This document shows positions 33,820-43,345 of a stretch of DNA of 64,000 nt, piece by piece. How positions within the stretch are numbered: the first letter of the stretch is position 1; the number at the start of each line of letters is the position of its first letter. The notes below the pieces were generated by a model. The model ran no database searches. It was not told the DNA's origin and saw only the letters and a list, made by a program, of their open reading frames with translations. The stretch covers positions 9,537 to 73,536 of the forward strand of contig CAWJMT010000035.1 in NCBI GenBank assembly GCA_963844035.1, written 5' to 3'. This DNA comes from an uncultured Gemmatimonadales bacterium (lineage in GTDB: Bacteria; Gemmatimonadota; Gemmatimonadetes; Gemmatimonadales; GWC2-71-9). A program made the position numbers and the translations under genes.

Positions 33820-35100
33820 ATGTTCGGACCGAAAACGCATTGCGTCGTTGTCGTCGGGGCCCAATGGGGTGACGAGGGCAAGGGCAAGATCGTCGACGTG
33901 CTCGCCGAGCGCGCCGACATGGTCGTACGCTACCAGGGCGGGGCCAATGCCGGGCACACCGTGGACACGGGCACCGGCGAGTTCATCCTCCATCAGATTC
34001 CTTCCGGCATCATCCAGGGCGCGATCTGCCTGGTGGGGAACGGGGTGGTCCTCGATCCCGAGACCTTTTTCACCGAGCTTGACGCACTGGAAGCCCAGGG
34101 CGTGCGGACCGATCAGAAACTGTACGTGTCGGACCGCGCCCACCTCACCCTGCCGCTCCATAAGCTGCTCGATCACGCGCGCGAGCGCCGCGAGCAGATC
34201 GGCACCACCGGTCGCGGGATTGGGCCGACGTATGAAGACAAGTTCGGCCGCCGCGGGATCCGGGTAGGAGACCTGCGCCATCTCCCCCGGGCTCGCGAGC
34301 TGGTCTGCGCCCGCGTGGAGGCGGCCAATGCATTCCTCGGCCTGCTCGGCGCCGATGAGCGAGCCAATCCGGCGGAGCACGTGGATCTCCTCGAGCGGCT
34401 GGCGCCACGTCTGCTGCCCATCGCGGTCGATGCGGGGCGGGTGGTGTACGAGTCGCTGGAGCGCGGCGAATCGGTGTTGCTCGAGGGTGCGCAGGGCGCC
34501 TTGCTCGACGTGGATCACGGCACCTATCCGTACGTCACCTCGTCCAACACCACCGCGGGTGGCGCGGCGGTCGGGGCCGGAATCGGTCCGACGGCAATCG
34601 ATGCGGTCCTCGGCGTCGTCAAGGCGTACACCACGCGGGTCGGCAACGGGCCGCTCCCCACCGAGGCGGAGCCCAAGCTGGCCGAGCATATCCGCGATCT
34701 GGGTGGCGAGTTCGGCGCGACAACCGGACGGCCCCGCCGCTGCGGGTGGTTCGATGCCGTCGTGGTCCGCTACGCCGTGCGGGTGAATGGCTTGACCGGA
34801 CTCGCGGTGACCAAGCTCGACGTGCTCGACACGTTCACCGAGATCCCGGTGTGCGTCGGGTATCGCCTCGACGGAGAACCGTACGACAGCATGCCCGCCG
34901 AGGTCGATCGTCTGGCCCGGGTGGAGCCGGTGTACGAAGTCTTGCCTGGGTGGGGCCAGTCCCTCTGCGGCGTCCGGCGCCTGGCCGATCTGCCGCCCGC
35001 GGCGCGTGCGTATCTGGATCGTCTGCAGGACCTTGCTCGCGCCCCGATCCGTTACGTGAGCGTCGGGACGCGCCGCGACCAGATCATCGAAGTGCCATGA
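33820..35100 (+). CDS. purA: Adenylosuccinate synthase
   Basis: VVVGAQWGDEGKGKIVD, GTTGRGIGPTYEDK and GATTGRPRRCGW. Confidence 0.95.
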   Translation: MFGPKTHCVVVVGAQWGDEGKGKIVDVLAERADMVVRYQGGANAGHTVDTGTGEFILHQIPSGIIQGAICLVGNGVVLDPETFFTELDALEAQGVRTDQKLYVSDRAHLTLPLHKLLDHARERREQIGTTGRGIGPTYEDKFGRRGIRVGDLRHLPRARELVCARVEAANAFLGLLGADERANPAEHVDLLERLAPRLLPIAVDAGRVVYESLERGESVLLEGAQGALLDVDHGTYPYVTSSNTTAGGAAVGAGIGPTAIDAVLGVVKAYTTRVGNGPLPTEAEPKLAEHIRDLGGEFGATTGRPRRCGWFDAVVVRYAVRVNGLTGLAVTKLDVLDTFTEIPVCVGYRLDGEPYDSMPAEVDRLARVEPVYEVLPGWGQSLCGVRRLADLPPAARAYLDRLQDLARAPIRYVSVGTRRDQIIEVP

Positions 35101-35113
35101 ACCTGCGCGCGCT

Positions 35114-36118
35114 ATGCTCGACCTGGCGGTGATTGGGGCCGGGCCCTGTGGACTCGCCGCGGGCGCCGCCGCGAAGCGGGCCGGCTTGCGCGCGGCGGTG
35201 TTCGACAAGGGCCCGGTGGTCGCGAGTCTGCTCACCTACCCGCTGTACATGACGTTCTTTTCGACCCCGGAGAAGCTCGAAATCGGCGGAGTGCCGTTCG
35301 TCACCAGCGGTGACAAGCCGACCCGCCGCGAAGCGCTCACCTACTACCGCAAGGTCGCGGAGTATCTGGATCTCGACGTGCGTCAGTATCACGAGATCGT
35401 AGGCGTGGTACCTGCGCGCGGGGGCGGGTTCGAGGTCAGCGTTCGTCCTCCGGGGTCGGCCAACCCTGAGACGGTGGCGGCGCGGCACGTGGTATTCGCC
35501 ACCGGCTATTTCGAGTCGCCGAACCTGCTCGGCGTTCCGGGGGAAGATCTCCCGCATGTGTCGCATTTCTTCACCGAGGCGCACCCCTACTGGCGGCAGC
35601 GGGTCGTCGTGGTTGGCGGTGGAAATAGCGCGGTCGAAGCTGCGCTCGAGCTGCACCGGGTCGGCGCACTGGTGACCATCGTCCACTTCCTGGGAGACGT
35701 GGACAAGGGCGTGAAGCCCTGGGTGCTCCCCGATATCTCGAACCGCCTGAAAGACGGCAGCATCGCGGGCCGCTGGCGCAGCCGTGTCCAGAAGATCGAA
35801 CCGGGTCGCGTGGTCATCGCCCGCGACACTGACGGTGCGACCGAGACGCTGCCCGCGGACTTCGTGCTGGCGCTGACGGGGTACCGCGCCGACCAGCGCT
35901 TGCTCAGGATGCTGGGCGTCAGAATCGACTCCACGACTGGCGTGCCCGCCCACGATCCGCTGACAATGGAAACGAACGTGCCCGGCGCCTATATCGCCGG
36001 TGTGCTGTCGTGCGGGTTCGATGCGAACAGGGTGTTCATCGAGAACGGGCGGGGGCACGGCGACCTGATCTGTACCCATATAAAAGCACGACCCCCCAGA
36101 GTTGCCCCCGGGGGGTGA
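35114..36118 (+). CDS. YpdA-family FAD/NAD(P)-binding oxidoreductase (putative bacillithiol disulfide reductase)
   Basis: VIGAGPCGLAAG.. followed by PLYMTFFSTPEKLEIGGVPF, which I associate with the YpdA family. Second dinucleotide fold VVVVGGGNSAVEAA. Confidence 0.7.
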   Translation: MLDLAVIGAGPCGLAAGAAAKRAGLRAAVFDKGPVVASLLTYPLYMTFFSTPEKLEIGGVPFVTSGDKPTRREALTYYRKVAEYLDLDVRQYHEIVGVVPARGGGFEVSVRPPGSANPETVAARHVVFATGYFESPNLLGVPGEDLPHVSHFFTEAHPYWRQRVVVVGGGNSAVEAALELHRVGALVTIVHFLGDVDKGVKPWVLPDISNRLKDGSIAGRWRSRVQKIEPGRVVIARDTDGATETLPADFVLALTGYRADQRLLRMLGVRIDSTTGVPAHDPLTMETNVPGAYIAGVLSCGFDANRVFIENGRGHGDLICTHIKARPPRVAPGG

Positions 36119-36407
36119 TCGCCTGCCCAACATCGTGCGCCCTAGACCCCGATGCGAGCGAGACGAAGTTCGTGCTCTTCAAGCGCTCGTATCAGGGCAT
36201 GCTTCAGACTCCGGTAGCCGGGCTATCTCTTCCGAGACCCCTAGCTTTGCGCCCCACCGTTGCCGGTGGTTTGCCCTGATCAGAGTTCTTCCGGGGTGGG
36301 GTAAAGCAAAATCGGTGCCCGGGATAGAAGGGTGTTTTTCCGCACGGAAACTCTGTCCCAGTCGTCACCGTATCGTGCTAAATGCCCGAAACAATGCATA
36401 ATGCGAC

Positions 36408-37484
36408 ATGTCGTACGTAGTCTTGGCTGCGCCGGCAGCGTTCAAGGGGTCATTCGGCCCAAAGCAGGTCGCTGACGCCTTCGCCTCGGGCGTTCGCCGC
36501 GCGCTTCCCGACGCCACCGTCTTGCAGTGTCCCATATCCGATGGCGGCGACGGGCTGCTCGAGGCCGTCCTTCCGAGGGAATCGCTGCGGGAGTCGGTCG
36601 CCGTCACCGGACCACTAGGGTCCAAGGTGCAGGCGGTGCTTGGTTGGCTCGACAGTGACACCGCCATTTTCGAGTCTGCCAGTGCCTGCGGGATTGCGCT
36701 GCTCAAACCCGACCAACTCGATCCGCTGCACGCGACCACGCGTGGCGTTGGAGAGCTGATCTGGGAGGCGGTCGACCGCGGGGCGCGCACGGTCGTGGTT
36801 GGCCTTGGCGGCTCGGCGACGGTCGACGGCGGCAGTGGGGCCGCGCGGGGTCTCGGGTGGACTCTGCGGGATCGCGCCGGTGGGTTGCTTCCGGAGGGAG
36901 GTGGCTCGCTCGTCGATATCGCCGGCTTGGACGGGGGGTGGCGACTCGAAGCGCAGATCGTGGCGCTCGCCGACGTGACCACGCCGTTGGTCGGTGCCGC
37001 CGGAGCGGCGCGGGTCTTCGGACCGCAAAAGGGGGCCTCGCCGGAAGCCGTCGATCGCCTCGCGGCAGGGCTCGAGGTGCTCGCCGCGGAATGGGCGCGG
37101 CAGGGCCGCCCCGATCTCGGAACGCTGCCGGGCGGTGGTGCCGCCGGCGGCCTGGGCGCCGGGCTCGCGTTCTTCGGGCGGGCGGAGCTGATCCGCGGCG
37201 CCGAGTGGGTGCTCGAGCGGGTGGGATTCGACGCCGCGTTGGCGTCGGCAGACTTGCTGATCACGGGCGAGGGCGCGTTCGATCGCACGTCGCTTGTCGG
37301 GAAGGCATCGGGCGAAGTGCTGCGGCGCGCGCAGGCGGCGCGGAAGAAAGTGGCGGTGGTGGCCGGGACCGTCAGCGATCTGATCGGCGTGCACGCGCTC
37401 GGAGGCGAGGGCCGGACGCTCGACGCGGCCGGGATCGCCGACCTCGCCGAGCGCGCGACCCGTGAGGCTTTTGGGTTATCTTAG
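36408..37484 (+). CDS. Glycerate kinase
   Basis: APAAFKGSF..A.A...G......V...P.SDGGDG N-terminus and C-terminal ..LITGEG.FD.TSL.GK. Confidence 0.9.
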   Translation: MSYVVLAAPAAFKGSFGPKQVADAFASGVRRALPDATVLQCPISDGGDGLLEAVLPRESLRESVAVTGPLGSKVQAVLGWLDSDTAIFESASACGIALLKPDQLDPLHATTRGVGELIWEAVDRGARTVVVGLGGSATVDGGSGAARGLGWTLRDRAGGLLPEGGGSLVDIAGLDGGWRLEAQIVALADVTTPLVGAAGAARVFGPQKGASPEAVDRLAAGLEVLAAEWARQGRPDLGTLPGGGAAGGLGAGLAFFGRAELIRGAEWVLERVGFDAALASADLLITGEGAFDRTSLVGKASGEVLRRAQAARKKVAVVAGTVSDLIGVHALGGEGRTLDAAGIADLAERATREAFGLS

Positions 37485-37490
37485 GCCCCT

Positions 37491-38828
37491 ATGCCACCAG
37501 CCGACAAAACAATGGAAAAGCTCGTGTCGCTCGCCAAGCGACGCGGCTTCGTGTTCCAGTCTTCCGAGATCTACGGGGGCCTCGGCTCCGTGTGGGACTA
37601 CGGCCCTTTGGGGGTGGAGCTCAAAAAGAACCTCAAAGAACGCTGGTGGCGCTCGATGGTGCACGAGCGCGAAGACATCGAAGGTCTCGACGCGGCCATC
37701 CTCATGCACGCGAAAGTGTGGGAGGCCTCAGGCCACATTGCCGGATTCACCGATCCGCTCGTGGATTGCAAGCAGTGCAAGAACCGCTTCCGAGCGGACG
37801 ACCCCAGCATCAAGGGCACGCCCGGGGAGCCCGACGCGCAGTGCCCAAAATGCGGTATGAAGGGCACGCTCACGGCGCCGCGCCTGTTCAATCTCATGTT
37901 CAAGACGTTCATGGGTCCGGTCGAGGAGGATGCGGCGGTCATCTACCTCCGGCCCGAGACGGCGCAGGGCATTTACGTCAACTATCTCAACGTGCAACAG
38001 TCGTCGCGCCAGAAGGTCCCGTTCGGCATTGCCCAGATCGGCAAGGCGTTCCGGAACGAGATTACCCCGGGCAACTTCACGTTCCGGACGCGCGAGTTCG
38101 AGCAGATGGAGATGCAGTTCTTCGTGAAGCCGGGGACCGACGGCGAGTGGTTCGAATTCTGGCGCCACGAGCGCATGAAGTGGCTGGTGGGGCTCGGGCT
38201 GCGCGCCGAAAAACTCCGGTTTCACCAGCACGGCAAGGGCGAGCTCGCGCACTATGCCAAGGATGCGTACGACATCGAGTACGAGTTCCCGTTCGGCTGG
38301 CACGAATTCGAAGGCATTCACAACCGCACCGATTTCGACCTGTCGCGCCACCAGCAGTATTCCGGGAAGAAGCTCGACTACCTGGACCCCGCGACGAATG
38401 AGCGCTTCGTGCCCTACGTGGTCGAGACCTCCGCGGGCGCGGACCGGGTGACCCTCGCCGTGTTGTGCGACAGCTACCGCGAGGAGGAGATCGAAGGGGA
38501 GACGCGTGTGGTGCTGCGGCTCGCACCGGCGCTGGCGCCGCTCAAGGCGGCCGTGTTGCCGCTCGTGAACAAGGATGGAATGCCGGAGCTGGCCCGGCGC
38601 ATCTTCGACGGCCTGCGCGCGCACCACAACGTGTTCTACGACGACGGTGGCTCGATCGGCCGGCGCTACCGGCGCCAGGACGAAGCGGGCACCCCGTTTG
38701 GAATCACGATCGACGGGCAGTCAACCCAGGACGGCACGGTCACCGTCCGCGACCGCGACACCCTCAAGCAGGAACGCATCGCCTCGGACCAGCTCGTGAG
38801 CTACGTCGCGGAGAAGATCAAGGCCTGA
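37491..38828 (+). CDS. glyQS: Glycine--tRNA ligase (single-chain GlyQS type)
   Basis: MEKLVSLAKRRGFVFQSSEIYGGLGSVWDYGPLGVELKKN, FRNEITPGNFTFRTREFEQMEMQFF and ETSAGADR. Confidence 0.95.
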   Translation: MPPADKTMEKLVSLAKRRGFVFQSSEIYGGLGSVWDYGPLGVELKKNLKERWWRSMVHEREDIEGLDAAILMHAKVWEASGHIAGFTDPLVDCKQCKNRFRADDPSIKGTPGEPDAQCPKCGMKGTLTAPRLFNLMFKTFMGPVEEDAAVIYLRPETAQGIYVNYLNVQQSSRQKVPFGIAQIGKAFRNEITPGNFTFRTREFEQMEMQFFVKPGTDGEWFEFWRHERMKWLVGLGLRAEKLRFHQHGKGELAHYAKDAYDIEYEFPFGWHEFEGIHNRTDFDLSRHQQYSGKKLDYLDPATNERFVPYVVETSAGADRVTLAVLCDSYREEEIEGETRVVLRLAPALAPLKAAVLPLVNKDGMPELARRIFDGLRAHHNVFYDDGGSIGRRYRRQDEAGTPFGITIDGQSTQDGTVTVRDRDTLKQERIASDQLVSYVAEKIKA

Positions 38829-39535
38829 TTGACGTACGCCGACTTCCGGGCGCTGGTCGATCGACTTGCGAGGGAAGTGCCCGCGGAATTCCGGGACGGC
38901 ATCGTTGCGATCGAGGTGAGTCCCAAGGCCGTGCCCGATCCCGTGCGGGGTGGGGTCTACACGCTCGGTGAATGCATCCCGCTCGAGTGGAGCGGCAACG
39001 GTGCGAACCTCCAGTCCCGGATCATTCTGTACCATGGCTCGTTCGCGGCCCTGGCCCGTCCACATGCCGCGGAGACCGACTGGCGCCGCGAAGCCTGGGA
39101 CACGCTCGCCCACGAGATGCGCCATCACCTGGAGTGGCGCGCCGATGTCGGCGCACTCGAAGCCTACGACTGGGCCGCCGAACAGAACTTCGCGCGCGCC
39201 GACGGCCAGCCCTTCGATCCCGTCTTCTACCGCTCAGGGGAGCAGGTGGCCGCGGGCGTCTACAAGGTGGACGACGACGTGTTCATAGAAGCAACAGACC
39301 GGGACGGGGGACGGGGGAGGGGGACGGGCGTGAAATCGCTTGGCACGGGCGGAAGTATCGGGTGCCGCTGCCACCGCGGGCCCAGCCACCCCTGTTTCTA
39401 TCCTTGGAAGGACTCCTGGCGCCCCCCGCCGGTGACGTGATTGTCGTCGTGCCTCGGCGGGCATCCCTCTGGGACCTCTGGCGACGCCGGAGCGTGACAC
39501 AACAGGTCGTCGCGGTTGAGCCACTCGATGCCTAA
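38829..39535 (+). CDS. Zincin-like metallopeptidase-fold protein (HExxH), frameshifted near 39300-39330
   Basis: TTG start directly after the glyQS stop. LAHEMRHHLEW is present. The C-terminal part (REIAWHGRKYRVPLPP..GDVIVVVPRRASLWDLWRR..VEPLDA) is in the frame of ORF 38972..39535. The shift coincides with the G-run block 39301-39328. Confidence 0.55.
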
Positions 39536-39824
39536 GCGGGTCTTTCTCGCCACCAAGGACCTGATGTTCCGGTCCAAGCTTGGCGCCACCGTGGTGGCCG
39601 CGGGCGCCGAGATCGTCAAGGACGCGACGGCGTGCGATCTGGTCGTGGTGGACGTTGAAAGCCCCGGTGCGGTGGACCGCATCCGGGGCTTCGTCACGAG
39701 CGGGACGCCCGTGATCGCCTATGGGTCCCACGTGCTCGCGGAACTGCTCCGCGCCGCCCGCGACGCCGGCGCGACCGCGGTGCCAAACTCCGAGGTCGAA
39801 CGCCGGCTACGCGCGGCACTCTGA
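39528..39824 (+). CDS. Small hypothetical protein
   Basis: MPKRVFLATKDLMFRSKLGA..; TTG at 39516 is an alternative start. No motif recognised. Confidence 0.5.
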   Translation: MPKRVFLATKDLMFRSKLGATVVAAGAEIVKDATACDLVVVDVESPGAVDRIRGFVTSGTPVIAYGSHVLAELLRAARDAGATAVPNSEVERRLRAAL

Positions 39825-40290
39825 TTACTTGGCCGCGAACTGCACCGGAATCTGGCGCGGCCGCGCCTTCTCCACCTTGGGCAGCGTGACGGTCAGCACG
39901 CCGTGCTGGTAGTTCGCTTTGATACCAGTGGCGTCCACCGTCGTCGGGAGCGTGAACGTGCGCGCGAACGCGCCGTAGGTACGCTCGTCGCGGTGCACGC
40001 GCTCGGTATGCTCCTGCGTCACCTGCTGCTTCGTGCCCTGGATCGTCAGGACGTTGTCTTCGTGAGAAATCTTCACGTCCTCCGGACTCACACCCGGCAC
40101 TTCCGCGACGATGCGGATCGCGTCGGCGTCCTCGAAGATGTCCACCGCAGGTACCCATGCGGCCACCGTTTCCATCAACGGGCTGCACGTCCAGGCCTCC
40201 GAAGGCGTCGTTCAGGAATCGAGTGAGCCGGTGCTCAAGACTGTTCGCTGTGAAGGGATTGGGCGCGAGACGGCGAGTAATGGTCAACAT
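39825..40290 (-). CDS. Hsp20/alpha-crystallin family small heat-shock protein, one frameshift near 40180
   Basis: The ACD core WVPAVDIFEDADAIRIVAEVPGV..LTIQG..GAFARTFTLP..I.A.Y.HGVLTVTLPK is in ORF 39825..40178. The N-terminal MLTITRRLAPNPFT..FLNDAFGGLDVQP is in the frame of ORF 39694..40356. Confidence 0.85.
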
Positions 40291-40409
40291 ATGCTTTCTG
40301 TCCTCCGCGTGATGTCGAATGGTTACGCTGCTACGACCCGCCGAGCCCATGGGCAATGGGCATGCCGCGCCCAGGGCACCATTCCTTGCCTTCTTGACAC
40401 CTCGCCGGA

Positions 40410-40437
40410 GCGATGGGCTGCCTATTTGTCAATCAAG
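40410..40437 (-). promoter_or_regulatory. Possible RpoH(sigma32)-type promoter for hsp20
   Basis: The minus strand reads CTTGATT, 13 nt, then CCCATCGC, compared with the E. coli-type consensus CTTGAAA-N13-15-CCCCATNT. It is ~120 nt upstream of the hsp20 ATG. This is a weak call. Confidence 0.25.
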
Positions 40438-40505
40438 AAGCTGGAGATGTCAAACCGGCGCGCCCCTCACCATCGGTGCGGTCGCCTTCTATCTTTCCCG
40501 GCCTC

Positions 40506-41069
40506 ATGATTCACACCGTAACGGTCGGTCTCGCGCCCGGGGATGTCCTGGCCCGGGCGAAAGCGTTCTTCGCGGAGCGGGTCCCGCACGCGAGCGCATT
40601 CCCGGAAAAGGAAGGGCCGCAGTTCCTGCTGCTGCGCGGGCAGGGGGGCGAAGAGGTGGTGATCAGCGCCCGATCGGCCGATGGGGACCAGGCGGCCGGC
40701 CGGAGCCTGGTGCGAGCCTCGACGCTGTTCTTCGACCAGGCCGTCGATCGATTCCTGTCTACGCTTCCACTCGAATCGGAAGTTGACGATTGCGTGAGCG
40801 CGGTTTCGGGGACGTTCACGGTGCGCGTCATGGTCACAGACGTGTGGGACCAGGTGGTGCTGGCCGTTACAGCGACGACGACTGTGGCGGAGCTGAAGCG
40901 TGAGGCCCTGACCCGAGCGCTGAGACGCGCCGGGATCGCGCTCGAGCGCTACGTCGTCAAGTTCCACGGAGCGGAGGTGCTCGACGAGTCCCTCGCGGTC
41001 GCGGATCTTGGCGCCGGCCCCAACTCACCGTTCATCGTGCTGCCGTCGCATCGTCAGGCGGTGCGATGA
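40506..41069 (+). CDS. Hypothetical protein
   Basis: In-frame ATG at 40506 within ORF 40413..41069. The C-terminal ~75 aa (..TTVAELKREAL..YVVKFHGAEVLDESLAVADLG) could be a beta-grasp/ubiquitin-like fold; that is inference only. Confidence 0.5.
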   Translation: MIHTVTVGLAPGDVLARAKAFFAERVPHASAFPEKEGPQFLLLRGQGGEEVVISARSADGDQAAGRSLVRASTLFFDQAVDRFLSTLPLESEVDDCVSAVSGTFTVRVMVTDVWDQVVLAVTATTTVAELKREALTRALRRAGIALERYVVKFHGAEVLDESLAVADLGAGPNSPFIVLPSHRQAVR

Positions 41070-41329
41070 GGCCCAGCCGCACGCCGACGACCCTTGCCGT
41101 GGGGTTTCTCTCGCTCGACGCCCTGTTACTCGGGTACGCCGGATTCACCGGCGGCCGCCCGCTGCTCGTGGTGGCCGGCGCCGCATGCGGGCTGGGCGCC
41201 GTCCTGGTCATCGCGGCGTGGCGTCGCTACCGGCGTACGCTGGCCGAGCTCGAGGACGCCCGTCGCGACATCAAGCGCGAGGTGGCCTCGATTCGTGACC
41301 TGCTGCAGGGCCATCACCTGAACAACTAG
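41066..41329 (+). CDS. Small two-TM membrane protein, hypothetical
   Basis: 4-nt overlap with the upstream gene. Two hydrophobic segments followed by a charged helix. Confidence 0.5.
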   Translation: MRPSRTPTTLAVGFLSLDALLLGYAGFTGGRPLLVVAGAACGLGAVLVIAAWRRYRRTLAELEDARRDIKREVASIRDLLQGHHLNN

Positions 41330-41395
41330 TGCCGTTCCAACCACTCATGTCGGGCACGCGGTACCTCCGGGCAACCACGGTGGAACGGCACTAGC

Positions 41396-42304
41396 GTGAC
41401 CACGACCGTGGTGTGGCATCCCGCCGCCGGGTTGCACAACCCCGGGGCAGGGCACCCGGAGCGCCCCGAACGGATCGCCGCGGTACTCGAGGCCCTGCGC
41501 GCACCGGAGTTGTCCCCGCACGTTCGGTGGCACGAGGCGGCGCCCGCGACGCGGGACCAGGTGGCCGCCGTGCACTCGACGGCATACCTGGACATGCTGG
41601 AGCGCGTCGCTGCAGGCGGGGGCGGGCTGCTCGACGAAGACACCATCATGGGTCCGCGCAGCTGGGAAAGCGCGCTCGCAGCGGCAGGCGTCGCGCTCGC
41701 GGCCGTGGAGCGAGGCATCGAGCACGACGGCGGAACGGCCTTCGGGGCTACGCGCCCGCCCGGGCATCACGCGCTCGCCGGGCGCGCCATGGGGTTCTGC
41801 TTCCTCAACAACGTCGTCATCGCGGCTCGCCATGCGCAGCGCCTCGGGCGCGCGCAGGTGCTGATCGTTGACTGGGACGTGCATCACGGCAACGGGACGC
41901 AGGACCTGGTCGACACCGATGCTTCGATCCGCTACGTGTCGATGCATCAGTATCCCTGGTACCCGGGGACCGGCGCGGCCAGCGAGCGCGGGATCGGCAA
42001 CATCTTCAACGTGCCGCAGCCCCCGGGATTGCCGCGGGCAACGTACGTGCGCGACCTGCTCGCGGCGGTGGACCGGGCACTCGACGGCTGGCGCCCCGAC
42101 CTGCTGCTCGTGTCGGCGGGATTCGATTCGCTCGCGGGCGATCCACTGGGAGGGTTCACGCTCGAGCCGGAAGACATGGCACAGTGGACGGTCGCGCTGC
42201 GGCAGCGTGTGGCTCCGGCACCGGTGGTCGGCGTGCTCGAGGGCGGATATCGCGTGGAGCGGCTCGCGGCGGGCGCGCAGGCGCACGTCCGCGCGCTTGC
42301 CTGA
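41396..42304 (+). CDS. Histone-deacetylase-family (HDAC/AcuC-like) amidohydrolase
   Basis: [25 protein letters not shown] and GFDS..GDPLG. Confidence 0.9.
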   Translation: MTTTVVWHPAAGLHNPGAGHPERPERIAAVLEALRAPELSPHVRWHEAAPATRDQVAAVHSTAYLDMLERVAAGGGGLLDEDTIMGPRSWESALAAAGVALAAVERGIEHDGGTAFGATRPPGHHALAGRAMGFCFLNNVVIAARHAQRLGRAQVLIVDWDVHHGNGTQDLVDTDASIRYVSMHQYPWYPGTGAASERGIGNIFNVPQPPGLPRATYVRDLLAAVDRALDGWRPDLLLVSAGFDSLAGDPLGGFTLEPEDMAQWTVALRQRVAPAPVVGVLEGGYRVERLAAGAQAHVRALA

Positions 42305-42331
42305 GCGCACGCGGCGCGGGATACTTGCATT

Positions 42332-43345
42332 GTGAAGCTCACGACCGAAGTCATCACGCTGCGCACGCGGCACCCATTCGTGATCGCGCGCGGCGGCTCG
42401 AGCGACTATCGCGTGGTCTGGGTCCGGCTGACCGACGCCGCTGGACGGGAGGGATGGGGTGAGGCCGACCCGTCTTCCTACTATAAGGAGACCGCGGATA
42501 CCGTTCTGGCGGCTCTCAAGAAGATGGAGCCGCACCTTCCCGCCGACCCGTTTGCCCTCGAGCAAGCTGATGCCCACTTCGCGCAGGTCGCTCCCAACGA
42601 TCGGGCGGCGCGCGCGGCGCTCTCGGCCGCGCTCCACGACCTGGTGGGCAAGCGCCTCGGACAGCCCGTATGGCGCTTGTGGGGGCTCGATCCGGACCGC
42701 GCTCCCCTGTCATCCTTTACCATCGGGCTGGATACTCCCGAGCGGATGCGGCAGAAGGTGGCGGAGGCGGAGCAGTACCCGATCTTGAAGATCAAGTTGG
42801 GCACCGATCGGGACGAAGAGATTCTCCGCACGATCCGCGACGCGACGGACAAGCCGCTCAGGGTGGACGCCAACGCGGGATGGACGCGCGAGCGGGCGAT
42901 TGCCATGCTCCCGGTCCTGCGGGATTTCGGCGTGGAGTTCCTGGAGCAGCCCCTGGCACCGGACGATCTCGAGGGCATTGCCGCCGTGCGCCGCGAAGAG
43001 GTACTCCCGGTGATCGTGGACGAGAGCTGCCTGATCGCCGCCGACATCCCGCGCCTGGCGGGCGTGGCGGACGGCATCAACATCAAGCTGGCGAAGTGCG
43101 GCTCGCTGCGGGAAGCGCTGCGGATGATCGCCACCGCGCGGGCGCACGGGATGCTGGTGATGCTGGGATGCATGATCGAGTCGTCGCTCGGGATCACGGC
43201 GGCCGCGCAGCTCGCGCCGCTGCTCGATGCCGCCGATCTCGACGGGGCGGCGCTGACGGCGAACGACCCGTTCGTTGGCGCGACCATCGATGGCGGCAAG
43301 ATCCACCTGCCGACCGAGCCGGGGTTGGGCGTCCGCCAGCGATGA
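42332..43345 (+). CDS. Dipeptide epimerase (enolase superfamily, L-Ala-D/L-Glu epimerase-like)
   Basis: ILKIKLG, LRVDANAGW, LEQPL, DES and NIKL.KCG. Confidence 0.8.
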   Translation: MKLTTEVITLRTRHPFVIARGGSSDYRVVWVRLTDAAGREGWGEADPSSYYKETADTVLAALKKMEPHLPADPFALEQADAHFAQVAPNDRAARAALSAALHDLVGKRLGQPVWRLWGLDPDRAPLSSFTIGLDTPERMRQKVAEAEQYPILKIKLGTDRDEEILRTIRDATDKPLRVDANAGWTRERAIAMLPVLRDFGVEFLEQPLAPDDLEGIAAVRREEVLPVIVDESCLIAADIPRLAGVADGINIKLAKCGSLREALRMIATARAHGMLVMLGCMIESSLGITAAAQLAPLLDAADLDGAALTANDPFVGATIDGGKIHLPTEPGLGVRQR

